DNA of 63,542 nt, counting the filler, from Octopus bimaculoides (Eukaryota): NCBI RefSeq assembly GCF_001194135.2. It is 6 parts of 6 records of this genome, joined end to end, with 100 filler letters (N's around TTAATTAATTAA, not from the genome) between each part and the next. Parts side by side here need not be neighbours in the genome. Positions count along the whole stretch, not along the records: positions 1 to 20,657 come from NC_068983.1; 5 more parts are not named here. One strand, written 5' to 3'. This document shows positions 1 to 12,725 of the stretch, piece by piece (the stretch's first letter is position 1; each line of letters opens with the position of its first letter). Position numbers and translations under genes: made by a program. Below the pieces are notes generated by a model. That model ran no database searches, was not told the origin of the DNA, and saw only the letters and a list, made by a program, of their open reading frames with translations.

Positions 1-500
1 ATGCATATACATATATATACATACATACATCCCCCTCGAACACACATATATATATATATGAAAAGAAGAACGAAAATGCTCCTTTTTTTAAAAATTAGGT
101 ACATTTAAATTTCTTTATATAGATACATTTAAAAAAATGGTTTTGTTTTCCATGTTTCGGTTGTTTATAAACTCAATCAAAAATATGTACTTAAATGAAA
201 TATATAGAGAAAAAATATTATTAATAAAATAAGCGTTCATAGTGTATTTTCTTTTCCTGGAGGAGCACGTGGTAGTTTCCATTAATTTTCGACGCGTTGC
301 TAGTAGTAATTTCAGCTGTCGTCTGTGATAATAAATTAAGTAGTGTGGTCAAAATTGTTTTCAAAAGGAGTTGTCGTAGTAGTCAAATAAGCAGTAGTAG
401 CAATAATAGTCATCGTAAAGTTATCTCCCCTGAGGTCTTCACAGAAATGGATTTATTTAATCACTTATCTTTATTTCTTATAAATAATATACATATAGTT

Positions 501-1600
501 TCAGTGTTCCGAGCTTAAACAATTTAGACTCGGTCGATACTTTCTTATGAAATGTATTTCTTTGGTAATGCGTTCATTTTGGCTAGCACTGTCTTTGAAT
601 TTGTATAATGAAAAAGTTGTGAATTTGGGATATTTATTGCATGCACATCTGTCTATGTGTTCGCTGACATATATTTTCCTGTATTCCGGAATTCTTATTT
701 GAGATTTGTGCACCGCCATCCTCTGAAGTAGGCTGTTTTTTGTGTCCAATATATTGCCGTTTGCATCCCGAGCATGTAATTAAGTAAATCAGATTCTCCG
801 ATGCACATATAAAGTTAGTTTTTATGGTAAAATTTTGGCCTTGTTCCAATCGGTATTCTGATCCTTCTATTATGTTGATACAGATTCCACAGTTGGGCAT
901 TCCGCACTTTTTTACTGTCGGCTTTGTGGTTGTTGTTGAGTGTAATTTGGCCTGGGTTAAAATCCTCTTCATTGATTTTGGCTGTCTCTTACTTTTGATG
1001 ATGATGTGTTAATTACCTGTGGTTTCTTTTGTATGTCCGGTGCCATCGTGTATCCGTTTCTGTGCACTGGGTCTAAAAAATAGTTGGTGTGGTTAGGTTC
1101 AATAGTGTTGTTTATCTGTCTCCTGTTGCTGTAATTTTTATAGTGTTTGTGGTGTTCTATTTTGCAGTGTGTTTTTGAACCTCCTGTTCCGTCTTAGTGT
1201 TTCAGGTACATTATGTTGGTAGTTGTTTCTTCTGTAGTGGGTTTGTTGTTTGTTATGGTTTCATGGTGGGTTCCTGGAGTATAGGCTTCGTTGGTGTGTT
1301 TTAGTTGGGTTATATAGATTGTGGCTCCTAAAATTATGTGGTGTATCCCTGTAGGTGTTTCGTGGTGCATTTGTGGTGTTTCGTGGTACGTTCAAAATGT
1401 TTTTCTCGGGAGGGAAGTATGTTCGGTTTTCTTGGTGGTTGTTCAGTTTTGTTAGAGTGTGGTTTTGTTTTTCTAGATTTTAGGAAGGGGTTGTTGGAGA
1501 TGTGTTCGTTTTGAAGCTGGTTTCATAAGTCGAAAACCACTTCGCGCTCTTTTCCCATCATTGGAGGGACTATAGTTCCTCTTTTTCGCATTCCTCTTTC
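501..1600 (-). mobile_element. Penelope-like retroelement remnant (GIY-YIG endonuclease, frameshifted; degraded upstream region)
   Basis: ORF 634..972 has KCGMPNCGIC...NLIYLITCSGCKRQYIG. After a frameshift, 501..749 gives RMAVHKSQIR...EHID...KEIHFIRKYRPSLN. SKRQPKSMKRILT precedes it, as is typical of the PLE linker. The extent beyond about 1020 is inferred. Confidence 0.8.
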
Positions 1601-1608
1601 CATAATTT

Positions 1609-2205
1609 TACCTTTTCATTCACTAATGTTATATCTACTGAAAACCTACAGTATTCGATAAGCCAGCTGGAGGAGATGTCCTCCTGGGGTTAAAAGCAGC
1701 AGTAACATCCACCCCTAGGGGTCAGCCACACTTAAGTGGCAATATACTACACTTTATCGTGCAGTTACTGTTAATACTTCATTTAGAGAATTAACATTGC
1801 TTGTTTTCACCTTTTCGATATCAGTGAAGAATTTCACTGGAAAAGTAGATATAAGATTGCCAGGTTTTTGTCTCTCTCACCAAGGTCAGTGGCTGTCGAA
1901 CGCCGACGAAGGGAAATAACCCTGAAATCCGGATCCGTTCGTGCTACAGACCATGGTGAGAGGGATANNNNNNNNNNNNNNNNNNNNNNNNNNNNNNNNN
2001 NNNNNNNNNNNNNNNNNNNNNNNNNNNNNNNNNNNNNNNNNNNNNNNNNNNNNNNNNNNNNNNNNNNNNNNNNNNNNNNNNNNNNNNNNNNNNNNNNNNN
2101 NNNNNNNNNNNNNNNNNNNNNNNNNNNNNNNNNNNNNNNNNNNNNNNNNNNNNNNNNNNNNNNNNNNNNNNNNNNNNNNNNNNNNNNNNNTATATATATA
2201 TATAC

Positions 2206-2237
<32 letters not shown>

Positions 2238-2430
2238 GCATATATGGGTACAGGACACCACCAACAGTAAACAACATGAAATACGAAAGCAACGAGAGAA
2301 ACAAATGGAAAACAGGACAAGATAAAGAACGACCCTTCATCAGTTGTCGGCTGTCTATCTACTCATATATATATATATTGTATGTATTTATATATACATG
2401 TATGTCTGTATGTAAGTACATGTGTGAGTG

Positions 2431-2478
<48 letters not shown>

Positions 2479-2631
2479 GAGAGAAGGAAAAAGAGAGAGA
2501 GAAGGAGGGAGACATATTTTGCCTGCCAGTTTATCTGTAACTTTTTGTTTATTTAATCAAGTGGAAACAACCTTAGGATATGACGTACCTTTTCATTCAC
2601 TAATGTTATATCTACTGAAAACCTACAGTAT
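1609..2631. repeat. Exact 46-bp direct repeat (1609-1654 and 2586-2631)
   Basis: taccttttcattcactaatgttatatctactgaaaacctacagtat occurs at both positions. Confidence 0.9.
1897..1941 (+). ncRNA. Minimal type I hammerhead ribozyme motif (U4C core variant)
   Basis: The sequence parses as CGAACG-CCGACGA-AGGG(AAATAA)CCCT-GAAA-TCCGGA-TC-CGTTCG. It has a 6-bp helix I, a 4-bp helix II, a palindromic helix III and an AUC cleavage triplet. Confidence 0.7.
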
Positions 2632-2988
2632 GTGTTTTCGCAACTATATTATTCGATAAAGCTTAAATTTGTGAATAATTGCTGATATTTCTGTCTGTTT
2701 AAAAAATGTCGACCATACAGCTGAAGTTTTTTAAACAAGTGATAGACTCCAAATCAATGGTTCTCAGGTGTTTGTAGGTCATGCCATTTTTGACTTGTGT
2801 TTTAGAAATGCTCCCTTCTCATGTTTTCTCCCTAAAAAGCAGATTTTGGTTACGAAACAAAAACTGATTTTTTGTAGTCGTTTAATTTTCTTCTAGTAGC
2901 CCATGTAGCATGCGTCTATTTCTAAGCCTTTGAATTGATTAGTGCCTCCTGTGTGAAATTTTTTCACAGAAATTACTCAAGAAAGTGA

Positions 2989-3393
2989 GAACATAGATAA
3001 TGAAATTACACTGACCCTAAGAATATAGATAATGAAATTACACTGACCCTAAGAACATAGATAATGAAATTACACTGACCCTAAGAACATAGATAATGAA
3101 ATTACACTGACCCTAAGAACATAGATAATGAAATTACACTGACCCTAAGAACATAGATAATGAAATTACACTGACCCTAAGAANNNNNNNNNNNNNNNNN
3201 NNNNNNNNNNNNNNNNNNNNNNNNNNNNNNNNNNNNNNNNNNNNGATAATGAAATTACACTGACCCTAAGAACATAGATAATGAAATTACACTGACCCTA
3301 AGAACATAGATAATGAAATTACACTGACCCTAAGAACATAGATAATGAAATTACACTGACCCTAAGAACATAGATAATGAAATTACACTGACC
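2989..3393. repeat. 32-bp minisatellite, about 12 units including an N gap
   Basis: The unit AGAACATAGATAATGAAATTACACTGACCCTA recurs with period 32 (3001, 3033, 3065...) and units are nearly identical. Confidence 0.95.
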
Positions 3394-3978
3394 GATTATC
3401 TATGTTCAGCAGTCATTTTTCAATTCATGATGACACAATATTCTACTCATATTCCAATCTCGACAAAGGATTTTTGTTCTAAAATGTGTTTAAAATCTAA
3501 ATCTTTGGTTTAAATAATTTGTTTTGAAAGCATTTACGACCCATCTAAACACTTATCGCGCTCTTATAGAACCTTCTTGCTATTTATCGCCTATTTGTGA
3601 GTTGACAACACCTCAATGGGGCATTACACTAGGTTGTGTCTCCTTAAGGAGGGGGTCCGTTGCTCTAAATAAATATAGACAATATATACACATGCTGACT
3701 TTCATGTACATAAGTACAAATGCAAATGCATACATACATTCCTTTATGGGGTTGATCAAGAAGGTATTACGCCTATAGTCCTCACAGACTCTCTGAGATC
3801 GGTGAGGTCGATGCAATTAATGTTTCTCTTGAACAGTTGTAGATTGACCAATGGCTTATTAGTGAAAGTTGTTAGTGAGAAACTGTCGGGATCCTACTGC
3901 ATATATTGCAAATTTTTATGCCTGGGTAGACTTAGTGTATATATATATAAAATGTATGTATATATATATATATATATA

Positions 3979-4184
3979 CACGAGGTGGTATCAAAAGCTT
4001 CCTGGACTAGTTATGTTTAATAAAAATTAACTTATTTACCTAAATTTAAACTACATCTCCTTCCAAAGAGTCACCTTGCGCAGCAATATACCAGTCCCAG
4101 CGTTTCTGCCACGGTATTAAAACAGCGACCTTTGAGCTAAATTTTCATGTTGGGCAAGAGATGGAAGGACGGAGGTGCTAAATC
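3979..4184 (-). mobile_element. Duplicate of the mariner 3' end (probably assembly redundancy)
   Basis: It is identical to 4366-4571 and ends at an N gap. Confidence 0.8.
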
Positions 4185-4324
4185 NNNNNNNNNNTATATA
4201 TAAGTGTGTGTGTGCATTTGTGAGTGTGTGTGTTTGTGTGTCTGTCTGTGTTAAATAAAATTAGACGTCACCGTAAGCTTGCCGAAACATGCTCAATGTC
4301 TCTGTAGCAGACTTCCCAAGTTTA

Positions 4325-4363
<39 letters not shown>

Positions 4364-4365
4364 TA

Positions 4366-5166
4366 CACGAGGTGGTATCAAAAGCTTCCTGGACTAGTTA
4401 TGTTTAATAAAAATTAACTTATTTACCTAAATTTAAACTACATCTCCTTCCAAAGAGTCACCTTGCGCAGCAATATACCAGTCCCAGCGTTTCTGCCACG
4501 GTATTAAAACAGCGACCTTTGAGCTAAATTTTCATGTTGGGCAAGAGATGGAAGGACGGAGGTGCTAAATCTGGCGAATAGGGTGAGTGCGGAAGCAACA
4601 CCATGTCGTTTTTGGCGGGAAACGCATGAGGGAAGAGAGCTCGGTGATAGGGTGCAGTATCGCAGTGAAGAATCGAATTCTTCGCGCTCCACAGATCCGT
4701 TCGCTTTCGCCGAATGTTCTCTCTCAAGCGCTTCAAAACGTCACAGAACAACTCTCAGTTGACGAATTGTCGATACACAATACTGCGGATATCGATGAGC
4801 ATACTCTTGATTGAGCTCCGGCTCTGTGAGCTCCCGTACCACTCGAAACATTGCGTACGACTCATTGACTCGTTGCCGTAAGCTTGCCGAAACATGCTCA
4901 ATGTCTCTGTAGCAGACATTCCAAGTTTAATGCAAAATTTCACGTTGGCTCTTTGTTCCAGCTTCCTGTCCATGACAAAAATCGTAGACTGTACCATACA
5001 CAAATTTACAAAAACACAAATTTCACAACTTGCAAAGTAAACACAACGTTGTTACTCGGCACACTGTCTTATGAAGGTCACTGCTAGCTCTCACTGCGCA
5101 TGCGACTGTGTACTGCTATCTGTTGATGCGCTACAGAACTAGTCCGAGAACTTTTTGATATCAACT

Positions 5167-5170
<4 letters not shown>
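4366..5170 (-). mobile_element. Internally deleted mariner transposon
   Basis: Imperfect TIRs of about 30 bp (cacgaggtggtatcaaaagcttcctggactagt / actagtccgagaactttttgatatcaactcgtg). The N-terminal HTH peptide EQRANVKFCIKLGMSATETLSMFRQAYG is present, along with the C-terminal HCDTAPYH...PHSPYSPDLAP. Confidence 0.92.
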
Positions 5171-5203
<33 letters not shown>

Positions 5204-6402
5204 NNNNNNNNNNNNNNNNNNNNNNNNNNNNNNNNNNNNNNNNNNNNNNNNNNNNNNNNNNNNNNNNNNNNNNNNNNNNNNNNNNNNNNNNNNNNNNNNN
5301 NNNNNNNNNNNNNNNNNNNNNNNNNNNNNNNNNNNNNNNNNNNNNTTTTTTTTTAAAACCTTATCAAAAATGAATATAAAATATGTGAGAAGAGAAAAGG
5401 GCTATTAATAAAATAAATTTATTTTATATTCATTTTTGATAAGGTTTTTTTAAAAAAAAACCGAAACATGTAAATTGATTAAAACACCCCAAAAATGTTT
5501 TTAAAAAGTGGCATTTTAAATTTTATTTATTTTCAATATATATATATATATATATATATAACGTGTGTGAGTATGTGTGTGTGTATGGGAGGTGTCGAAC
5601 CAGACAGCTTGGAAAGGCTATGGGTTGACCTCAACAACGAAAAGATAAAACTCAACACCTTCATTATGTATTGAGAATTAAATTTGAAAGATGTCTACTT
5701 TGTTTGAATCCTACCAACGAAGAACACGTTACACGCGCGTGCGCACACACACGCACACATTCTTTTAAGAGAGAGACAGACAGACTGAACGAGAAAGAAA
5801 AGGTGAGGGAAAAGGAAGAAGGCAGATATCAGAGAAAGTTTAGAAGTTATGAAACGAATCTTTTTTTACATATTCCAGTCTAGTGCAGAATTACCACCTA
5901 ATATTTACTGCCAAATAGTGATGGAAATTATATAAAGAATTAGGTTGCGTTAGTATAAGTTATCCTCCTAACATCATACAACATAATTTTTATTTATTTC
6001 ACAACTAAACGTAAAATGAGACGTTTTCAAGTATGAACGAATACCAACCACAAACGTGTTGTTAACTCTGATTATATTACTTTGGCGAAAATAACTGTTT
6101 TTGTTTTTCAAAATAAGTAGCAGGAAATTATTGAAGAATTTTCTGGAATATGTTATCGATATTAATAAATTACAAAGGGTACTTGGTTTGATGGAATTGG
6201 CAGAAAGTCAGTATTTAGTACGGTTTTCTTTTTCACATTCTAAATTCGAAATTTTGCCTAACATTGTATTATCGCCTTGAGGCGATAGAATAAATTACCA
6301 GTCAAGTTTTTTAGGTAATTTAATTGGCTATACCCTTTCCACAAAATGTGTGACTAAATATCAATGTTAGAAATGGATTTTATTTTTATTAGAATCATCG
6401 TT

Positions 6403-6470
6403 AAGGCGGCGAGCCGGCAGAACGTTAACATGCCAAACAAATGCTTGGCGGCATTTTGCCCGTCTTTATG
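6403..6470 (+). mobile_element. SINE family A 5' fragment (tRNA-like head)
   Basis: aaggcggcgagccggcagaacgttaacatgcc...aaatgcttggcggcatttt matches the head of the other family A copies. Confidence 0.7.
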
Positions 6471-7722
6471 GTTTCTCGGCTATTGGTTGTCGAGGTGTTT
6501 CGATAGTCTAGTGGTTATAACCTTTGTAAACAGCTTATAGTGGTGAGATGAGGATTATAGGACGATAGTCTTTTAAATCTTCTTTATCGCTTTTCTTATA
6601 AAGCAAGATGGTATTTGACTCTTTTCACAGTGAGAGTATTTTACTATTCAGATAGAGATTGAAGTGTAGAACGAGGATTTTCCACAGCTCTTCACCTTCC
6701 CACCTTCACATCTATGCTGTGGAGGCCAGTTTTGTGTGCTTTTCGTCAGTTAAAGTGCCTCTTCAATTTTACTGTCCAGAATAGGTGGCACTTTTTCCAA
6801 CGTTTGTAGCGGAGGATCGAGTTCCACTGATGATTTTAAAAGGTTGGTGTAGGAGGTATTGCATACTTCTTCCATCTCCCCTTTACCAGTCACCGTGAGT
6901 TCATCCTTGTTCTAAAGCGCCGTCACTTTTGACTAAAAGAGTGTCATCCCTCTCCTGCATCGTTTTAGACTTCTTTCCTCTGCAGCCTGCATCAGTTTTT
7001 TTTTAATCTCTAACTCTCGAAGTCATTTCTCGTTGTCTGATCGCTATGCAAAAAAAAAACGGAATACTCGAGACGAACTTTCATGTGCATCTTTTCCGTT
7101 TCTCTTAGCATTTTCTTTGCCTTTGCCGAAAATCTTCCTTAAGGCTCCCGCTGGCTTGCAGTTCTTGCTTTCCATATACAGCTTTTAATTTTCTGGACCA
7201 GCAAATTGTAGTTCTCATCGTGCTCTTCAATTTAACTTCAACTTCCTCCTTGATAGTTTCCTCCTTGATAGCTTCACGTCAAAGGCATTGACATGTTGAT
7301 AATTCATTGAGATATGTAGAGCCTTTTCCTCTCTTCACTGGCTGTGTTGAATGGGGTAGTGACTGGGACGTCCTGCAGTATGCACCGTTTATTGACGATG
7401 TAGTCGATTTAATTTCTGTGTTGGGCTTTTGGAGATATCCAGGTCCATATCCTTCCAGGTTGAATCCTATATAGGCTGTTCCCAATGTAGTCTTATTTTT
7501 GCCATGGTAATCAAACGTTCTCCTCATCTGGTTCTCTTTCCTGGCCCAAACTTACCAACATACACCTCTCCATGTGCTCCTTTTCAAACGTGATGGCTTT
7601 TGGAAAAATTTGCCAAACCAAACATTCCCATATATCCTGCCCGGGTCGATGGCAACCACAACATTGCAAATATCGGTCGTGGTTTTCTTCAGTTACATTT
7701 TTGATTTCACACTGCAAATCCT
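6471..7722 (-). mobile_element. RTE-clade LINE fragment (APE endonuclease end, linker and RT start), pseudogenized
   Basis: An alternative frame reads YIGNSLYRIQPGRIWTWISPKAQHRN*IDYIVNKR. Downstream are GEMEEVCNTSYTNLF and HYKLFTKVITTRLSKHLDNQ, which are RTE-type motifs. Confidence 0.85.
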
Positions 7723-7820
7723 AGCAGAGGCATGACACATTCCTTCCTTGATTTTCTATTAGTTCTTGGATAAAACTAAAGGCGTCAGATTTTTGTGATA
7801 TATTTAATAATAATAATAAT

Positions 7821-7887
<67 letters not shown>

Positions 7888-7891
<4 letters not shown>

Positions 7892-8116
7892 TTCATACAA
7901 ATACATAACAAAAACACCAGGACTTACAAATATATATAACATACAGAAAATTGCACTACTGGGCACTGCACACATCCTACGCAAAACACTTTCAATACAG
8001 TAACCATAAGAGCATCACAGCAAACCACAGCACATACCCAAGGCACACAGAGCTGCGCTCGGTAGTGAAGTGAAAGCACGTTATAAAAATAAAACTACTG
8101 AACAATAATAATAATA
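7888..8116 (+). mobile_element. REL-endonuclease (R4/Dong-like) LINE 3' end embedded in (AAT)n
   Basis: It encodes NIYNIQKIALLGTAHILRKTLSIQ* followed by a 3'UTR. (AAT)n lies on both sides (7803-7887 and 8103-8116). Confidence 0.8.
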
Positions 8117-8507
8117 TTTTTACATGCCATAAGAGTTGAATAAATTTCAAAAAAACGTTTAACAAGTAGTTCACAGACATGTATGGAATGGAATTAATGT
8201 GTTATGGAAAGACGAAAAGGGTATAAAATGTATGATTAGAAGAATTTCAAAGAAAATATAAACAACGCACAAATATTTACCGCGAAGTATAATTTACAGA
8301 GAAGCGCAATAAATAAAACAAGATATATTCATTAAGTTTAAATGTTCACTTTCGTCGATCAGAGAAACCCATGTTCCAGATTACATACCTTCTCTACGAT
8401 GTTCCTGTATTGATCCTAAAAGGTGATTCGAGAATCTTCCGTGAGGAGCTCTTGGGTTACAGTGGGTGAGGTCTCACGTTTTGTGATAACTGAGAAATTA
8501 ATAGCTT

Positions 8508-9025
8508 GTGTTTTCGACGAAAATAGACATGCAAAGATCCTATGGGGTTTTATGATTCAGTGCGACCACGAGATAGAGAATAGGAAGCCGGACATAGTCT
8601 TAATTGAGAAAGAAAATAAACTATGCTGGATCATAGACATAGCATGCCCAACTGACAACAAGGTATGCAATAAGGAAGAAAGAAAAGCTAAGAGATGTTA
8701 GCTTGCGAAGTTAAGATTGGTTAGTTGACAGGTTAGCTCGGGAAGTTAAGCAGTTGTGGTCGATGAAAAAGGTAGCAGTAGTACCAATAAATGTCGGAGC
8801 CCTGGGAACAGTGAGCAAAAAAACCTCGAGAAGTACGTGGAACAAATAGGGGCTGCAATAAGGGTGGAGCACTTGCAGAAAACAGCACTGCTTGGAACCG
8901 TTCGAATACTCCGGAAGGTGCTCAGAAAATAAGAAGTGTTACCTTAATTCACTGGTAGTGAACAACTAACACTGTAATACATCTCCAGCGTTAGAATCTG
9001 TGCAAAAGCAATAATAATAATAATA
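8508..9025 (+). mobile_element. REL-endonuclease (R4/Dong-like) LINE 3' fragment
   Basis: ENRHAKILWGFMIQCDHEIENRKPDIVLIEKENKLCWIIDIACP is a PD-(D/E) REL motif. It continues to VVPINVGALGTV...LQKTALLGTVRILRKVL*, then a 3'UTR and an (AAT)n tail. Confidence 0.9.
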
Positions 9026-9246
9026 GTTTCAAATTTTGCCGCAAGGGCAGCAATTTTGGGGCCGGGGATGAGTCGTTAAATCGACATTAGTGTTCAGTAC
9101 TTGTTTTATCGACTTGTTTTATCGACTTGGAAGGATGAAAGGCAAAGCCAACCTTCGCGGAATTTGAACTCAGAACGTAGCGACGGGAGAAATGCTGCTA
9201 AGCATTTCATCCAGCGTGCTAACAATTCTGCCAGCTTGCCGCCTTA
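9026..9246 (-). mobile_element. SINE family A copy
   Basis: The reverse complement shows a tRNA-like head and the family A core GCCTTTCATCCTT...GTCGATAAA...AGTAC. From memory this core resembles the MetaSINE domain, which is unverified. Confidence 0.85.
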
Positions 9247-9247
9247 G

Positions 9248-9439
<192 letters not shown>

Positions 9440-9947
9440 TGTCTTCCATTTTGGCTACGATTAGAGAAGCAATTACTTCTGTTCTTCAGATATTTTTTCT
9501 ATTCTGTTCTTTTGTGTGTCGCTGGTAGTTTCTAGACTAAAGGGAATAGGATGATGGAGTGGGGAGGGATTGTTAGAAACAAGACTGAAACTATTTACTT
9601 CAACGCTCAGAGTTCAATTTCCATCGAGGTCATTGTAGATTCGATGTATACCGTTACGAGAATAAAATAAGTAACAGAAATGTTCTATTGATTGAATCAA
9701 TCGTTGAAATACACCCCTTCCCAAATATATTTTTACGTCAGAACGGAAATGACTTAACAAAGATCGAAAACTTGGCTTGTTTGGATCTTAACACCATTCT
9801 ACAATATTTCTGATACAGACGTAGATAAAAATAAATATGAGAAGAGAGAGAGAGAGAGAGAGAGGGNNNNNNNNNNNNNNNNNNNNNNNNNNNNNNNNNN
9901 NNNNNNNNNNNNNNNNNNNNNNNNNNNNNNNNNNNNNNNNNNNNNNN

Positions 9948-9986
<39 letters not shown>

Positions 9987-10908
9987 TTAGGGTGATGTTA
10001 GGTCTGGTAGTGTTGTGGGGAGGTTTTGTGCCAATATATATATGTGCGTATATGTGTGTGTCTACATACATACACACCTGCATATATACATATGCACATA
10101 CGTATATGTATATATACTGTATGTACACACACACACACACACACACACACAATAGGTTATATTTATTTTTTAATCCTCGCTGCTTCGTATGTTTATATAT
10201 ATATATATATATATAAAACTATCTATACACGCACACACACATACAAACACACTCACACTCTTACATACATATATAAGTATATATATATATATGTGTGTTT
10301 GTGCGTGCGAGTGTGTGTGCATGAATGCGTGTGTGTGTGTGTGCGTGTGTGTTTGCATTTGTGTGTAAATAGGGAACACCTATTTTCAGACATTTTCTAT
10401 TAAAGCAAGTGTATGTTCAAGTTTGATCTTTTTATTGAATTTTTTCACTAACATCTCAGTAACTGAAACTATTAATATAATATTGGATAACGTGTACACA
10501 CATCACGCTATAAAACCATCTGCTTTGCGTGAAATCATTATGAAAAAGCTGTCGCCGGTTTGAAGTTCACTTCAGCTGTCTACGAGGTAATCTATACCCC
10601 CCCCCCCAGAAGGAGTGGTTAGTTATAGGTTTCCTTTTCGGCCATAAATTCATGACATACTTGTCTACTTTAGAGAATGTAGTCGCTTCCAATTATCTAC
10701 ACCACTATCTACACCGTATATGTTGATATGCTTTTACGATTTAACATAACTCTAGCATAAATTCAGTTCATAATATTATTAAACGTAACAATAAAGAATT
10801 GTTACCTTAATTTAGCAACTCAGTACAAACTAGTAAATTCTTATACAAGCCTAGTCATAACAAACAAAATATGACAATGATACAAAATATCAGTTGCTAA
10901 ATATAATA

Positions 10909-12118
10909 TTAAGCTCGGAAAGCAAGTTCTGTAGCATGTTTGACATGATCATTTTGAAGGTACATTTCCAATACATAATGTTTTTCTTCTTTTTCTGCAG
11001 ATTACTATATACCATTGTGATGAAATTCGTATAGATTTTACCCTTCTAAAATGAGTTTAGATCAGACTTATATCAAACACTGCATGCAGTAAGAATTTGA
11101 AAGGAGTTCTTCAGTAACGGAAGTGACAAGAAATATTTGTTCTGACTATGAAATGAAGCTTTAAATAATTTGGACATGCCAAAGATGATTTGGCCACTTT
11201 CTCTCTGGAATTTTTTTTTTTTTTTCGCAGATGCTCTTCAATGTGGACGATCAGGTTTTATCAATGTTGAGCTACTGAAAACCATAATTCAGGAAAATTT
11301 AAAGAAAACTGCACGAATATTAACGTAACATAGCAATTCACGTCACGCTTCAATCATAAAACACCTTCATGAATTATGAAAAGCGTCTAAACCTGGTTAT
11401 TCCCCCTCACATCATCTGACTGATTCTCAGCTTAATCAAAGAGTTGCCCTTTGCTCGTCAATGAAGAATAGACTTATTGCTGAACCTTTTCTGAATAGAA
11501 TAATCACAAGGGATTAAAACTGGATTCTCCATAATCATATCCAATGAACACGACAATGATTAGCGCCCAATTAAAAAGGAGAATCCATCACCAAACCAAA
11601 ACTAAGTTCCCGAAAAAGCTATGGTCCGTGTTTGATATGAAGGGATAGGAAGGGTAGTCTATCATGAAATGTTAAACTAAAATAAAACAGTTAATGAGAG
11701 GATGTGTTGTCGTCAATTAGAAACATTGCTCAAATATTCGCAGAAAAAAGCGCACTCATTGGTAAATCGTAAAGGGGGTTTGCTCTTACGCAATAATATA
11801 AGACCACCTAATGCCCAAATTACTCAAGAAAAGATTATGGTACTAAATATGGGAGTTTTACCTCGTCTTCCTTACCTTCCTGACTTTGCTCCATCTGACA
11901 ATCATCCTTTTCATATCATTGCAACATTATTTAGAGAAAAAACAGTTTATTAATTGTGAAGGTTTTAAAAACTGTATCGAGTGTTTATTTGCTTCGAAAC
12001 CAGAAGAATTTTGTGTTCGAGGGATCATCAATATTCCAGATAGATTGGATTATCTTATCAATAATGCGGGTAAAATTAGCATGGTCAAATATATGGATTT
12101 GTTTCTTTCCCACCTTAA
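10909..12118 (+). mobile_element. Near full-length degenerate mariner transposon
   Basis: The N-terminus reads MSLDQTYIKHCMQ*EFERSSSVTEVTRNIC and the first catalytic region reads IITRD*NWILH. The C-terminal part has LLLRNNIRPP...LPYLPDFAPSDNHPF (a YSPDLAPSD-like motif). Weak TIR remnants lie at both ends about 1.2 kb apart. Confidence 0.85.
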
Positions 12119-12624
12119 AATGCTGATAGGACTTTCTTTCCAACTTAACACCTTCTCAGATAAGTTTTAAAATTTTCATCACTCAAGAGGCCTTGAATAA
12201 TCGAGTCCGATGCTTAAAACTGGCACAATTACTACTTTAATAAATTAGTTGACCAAACAGCGGAAGATTACAACTACAAATGCAGCATCCGGTAAAAATA
12301 TACAGCTTCCGCAAATTGTATAAGAACCAGATTCACACTGATTATATAATGGATGAATTTATAACTTAAAAGTTCATAAAACAGAACACAGCTCTTACCA
12401 GACGGAACCTCAAACTCATACTTAGAATATATTATAATAATATCCGAATGAAAATTTTCTTACCAACACAAAACAAAAAAAACTAACAAACAGCAGAACG
12501 TTCCTCAGAAAACCATTTTTATATTAATAATATACTATAATATACTTTATTTGCATTACTGCAAAACCAGAAGTGATAGATTTCTAATGTTCTCAATCTC
12601 TCTTTTCATAACAGGCACATACGC

Positions 12625-12725
<101 letters not shown>

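Noticed and set aside
2333-2350. CTGATGAAGGG hammerhead start on the minus strand
   Set aside because: No closing CCCT-GAAA or helix III follows.
2989-3393. 32-bp repeat array as a CRISPR
   Set aside because: The units are contiguous with no unique spacers, there are no cas genes, and the context is eukaryotic.
3979-4325. Triplicated mariner pieces as a novel rearrangement
   Set aside because: The copies are essentially identical to 4366-4571 and 4876-4930 and abut an N gap, so they are most likely assembly or haplotype redundancy.
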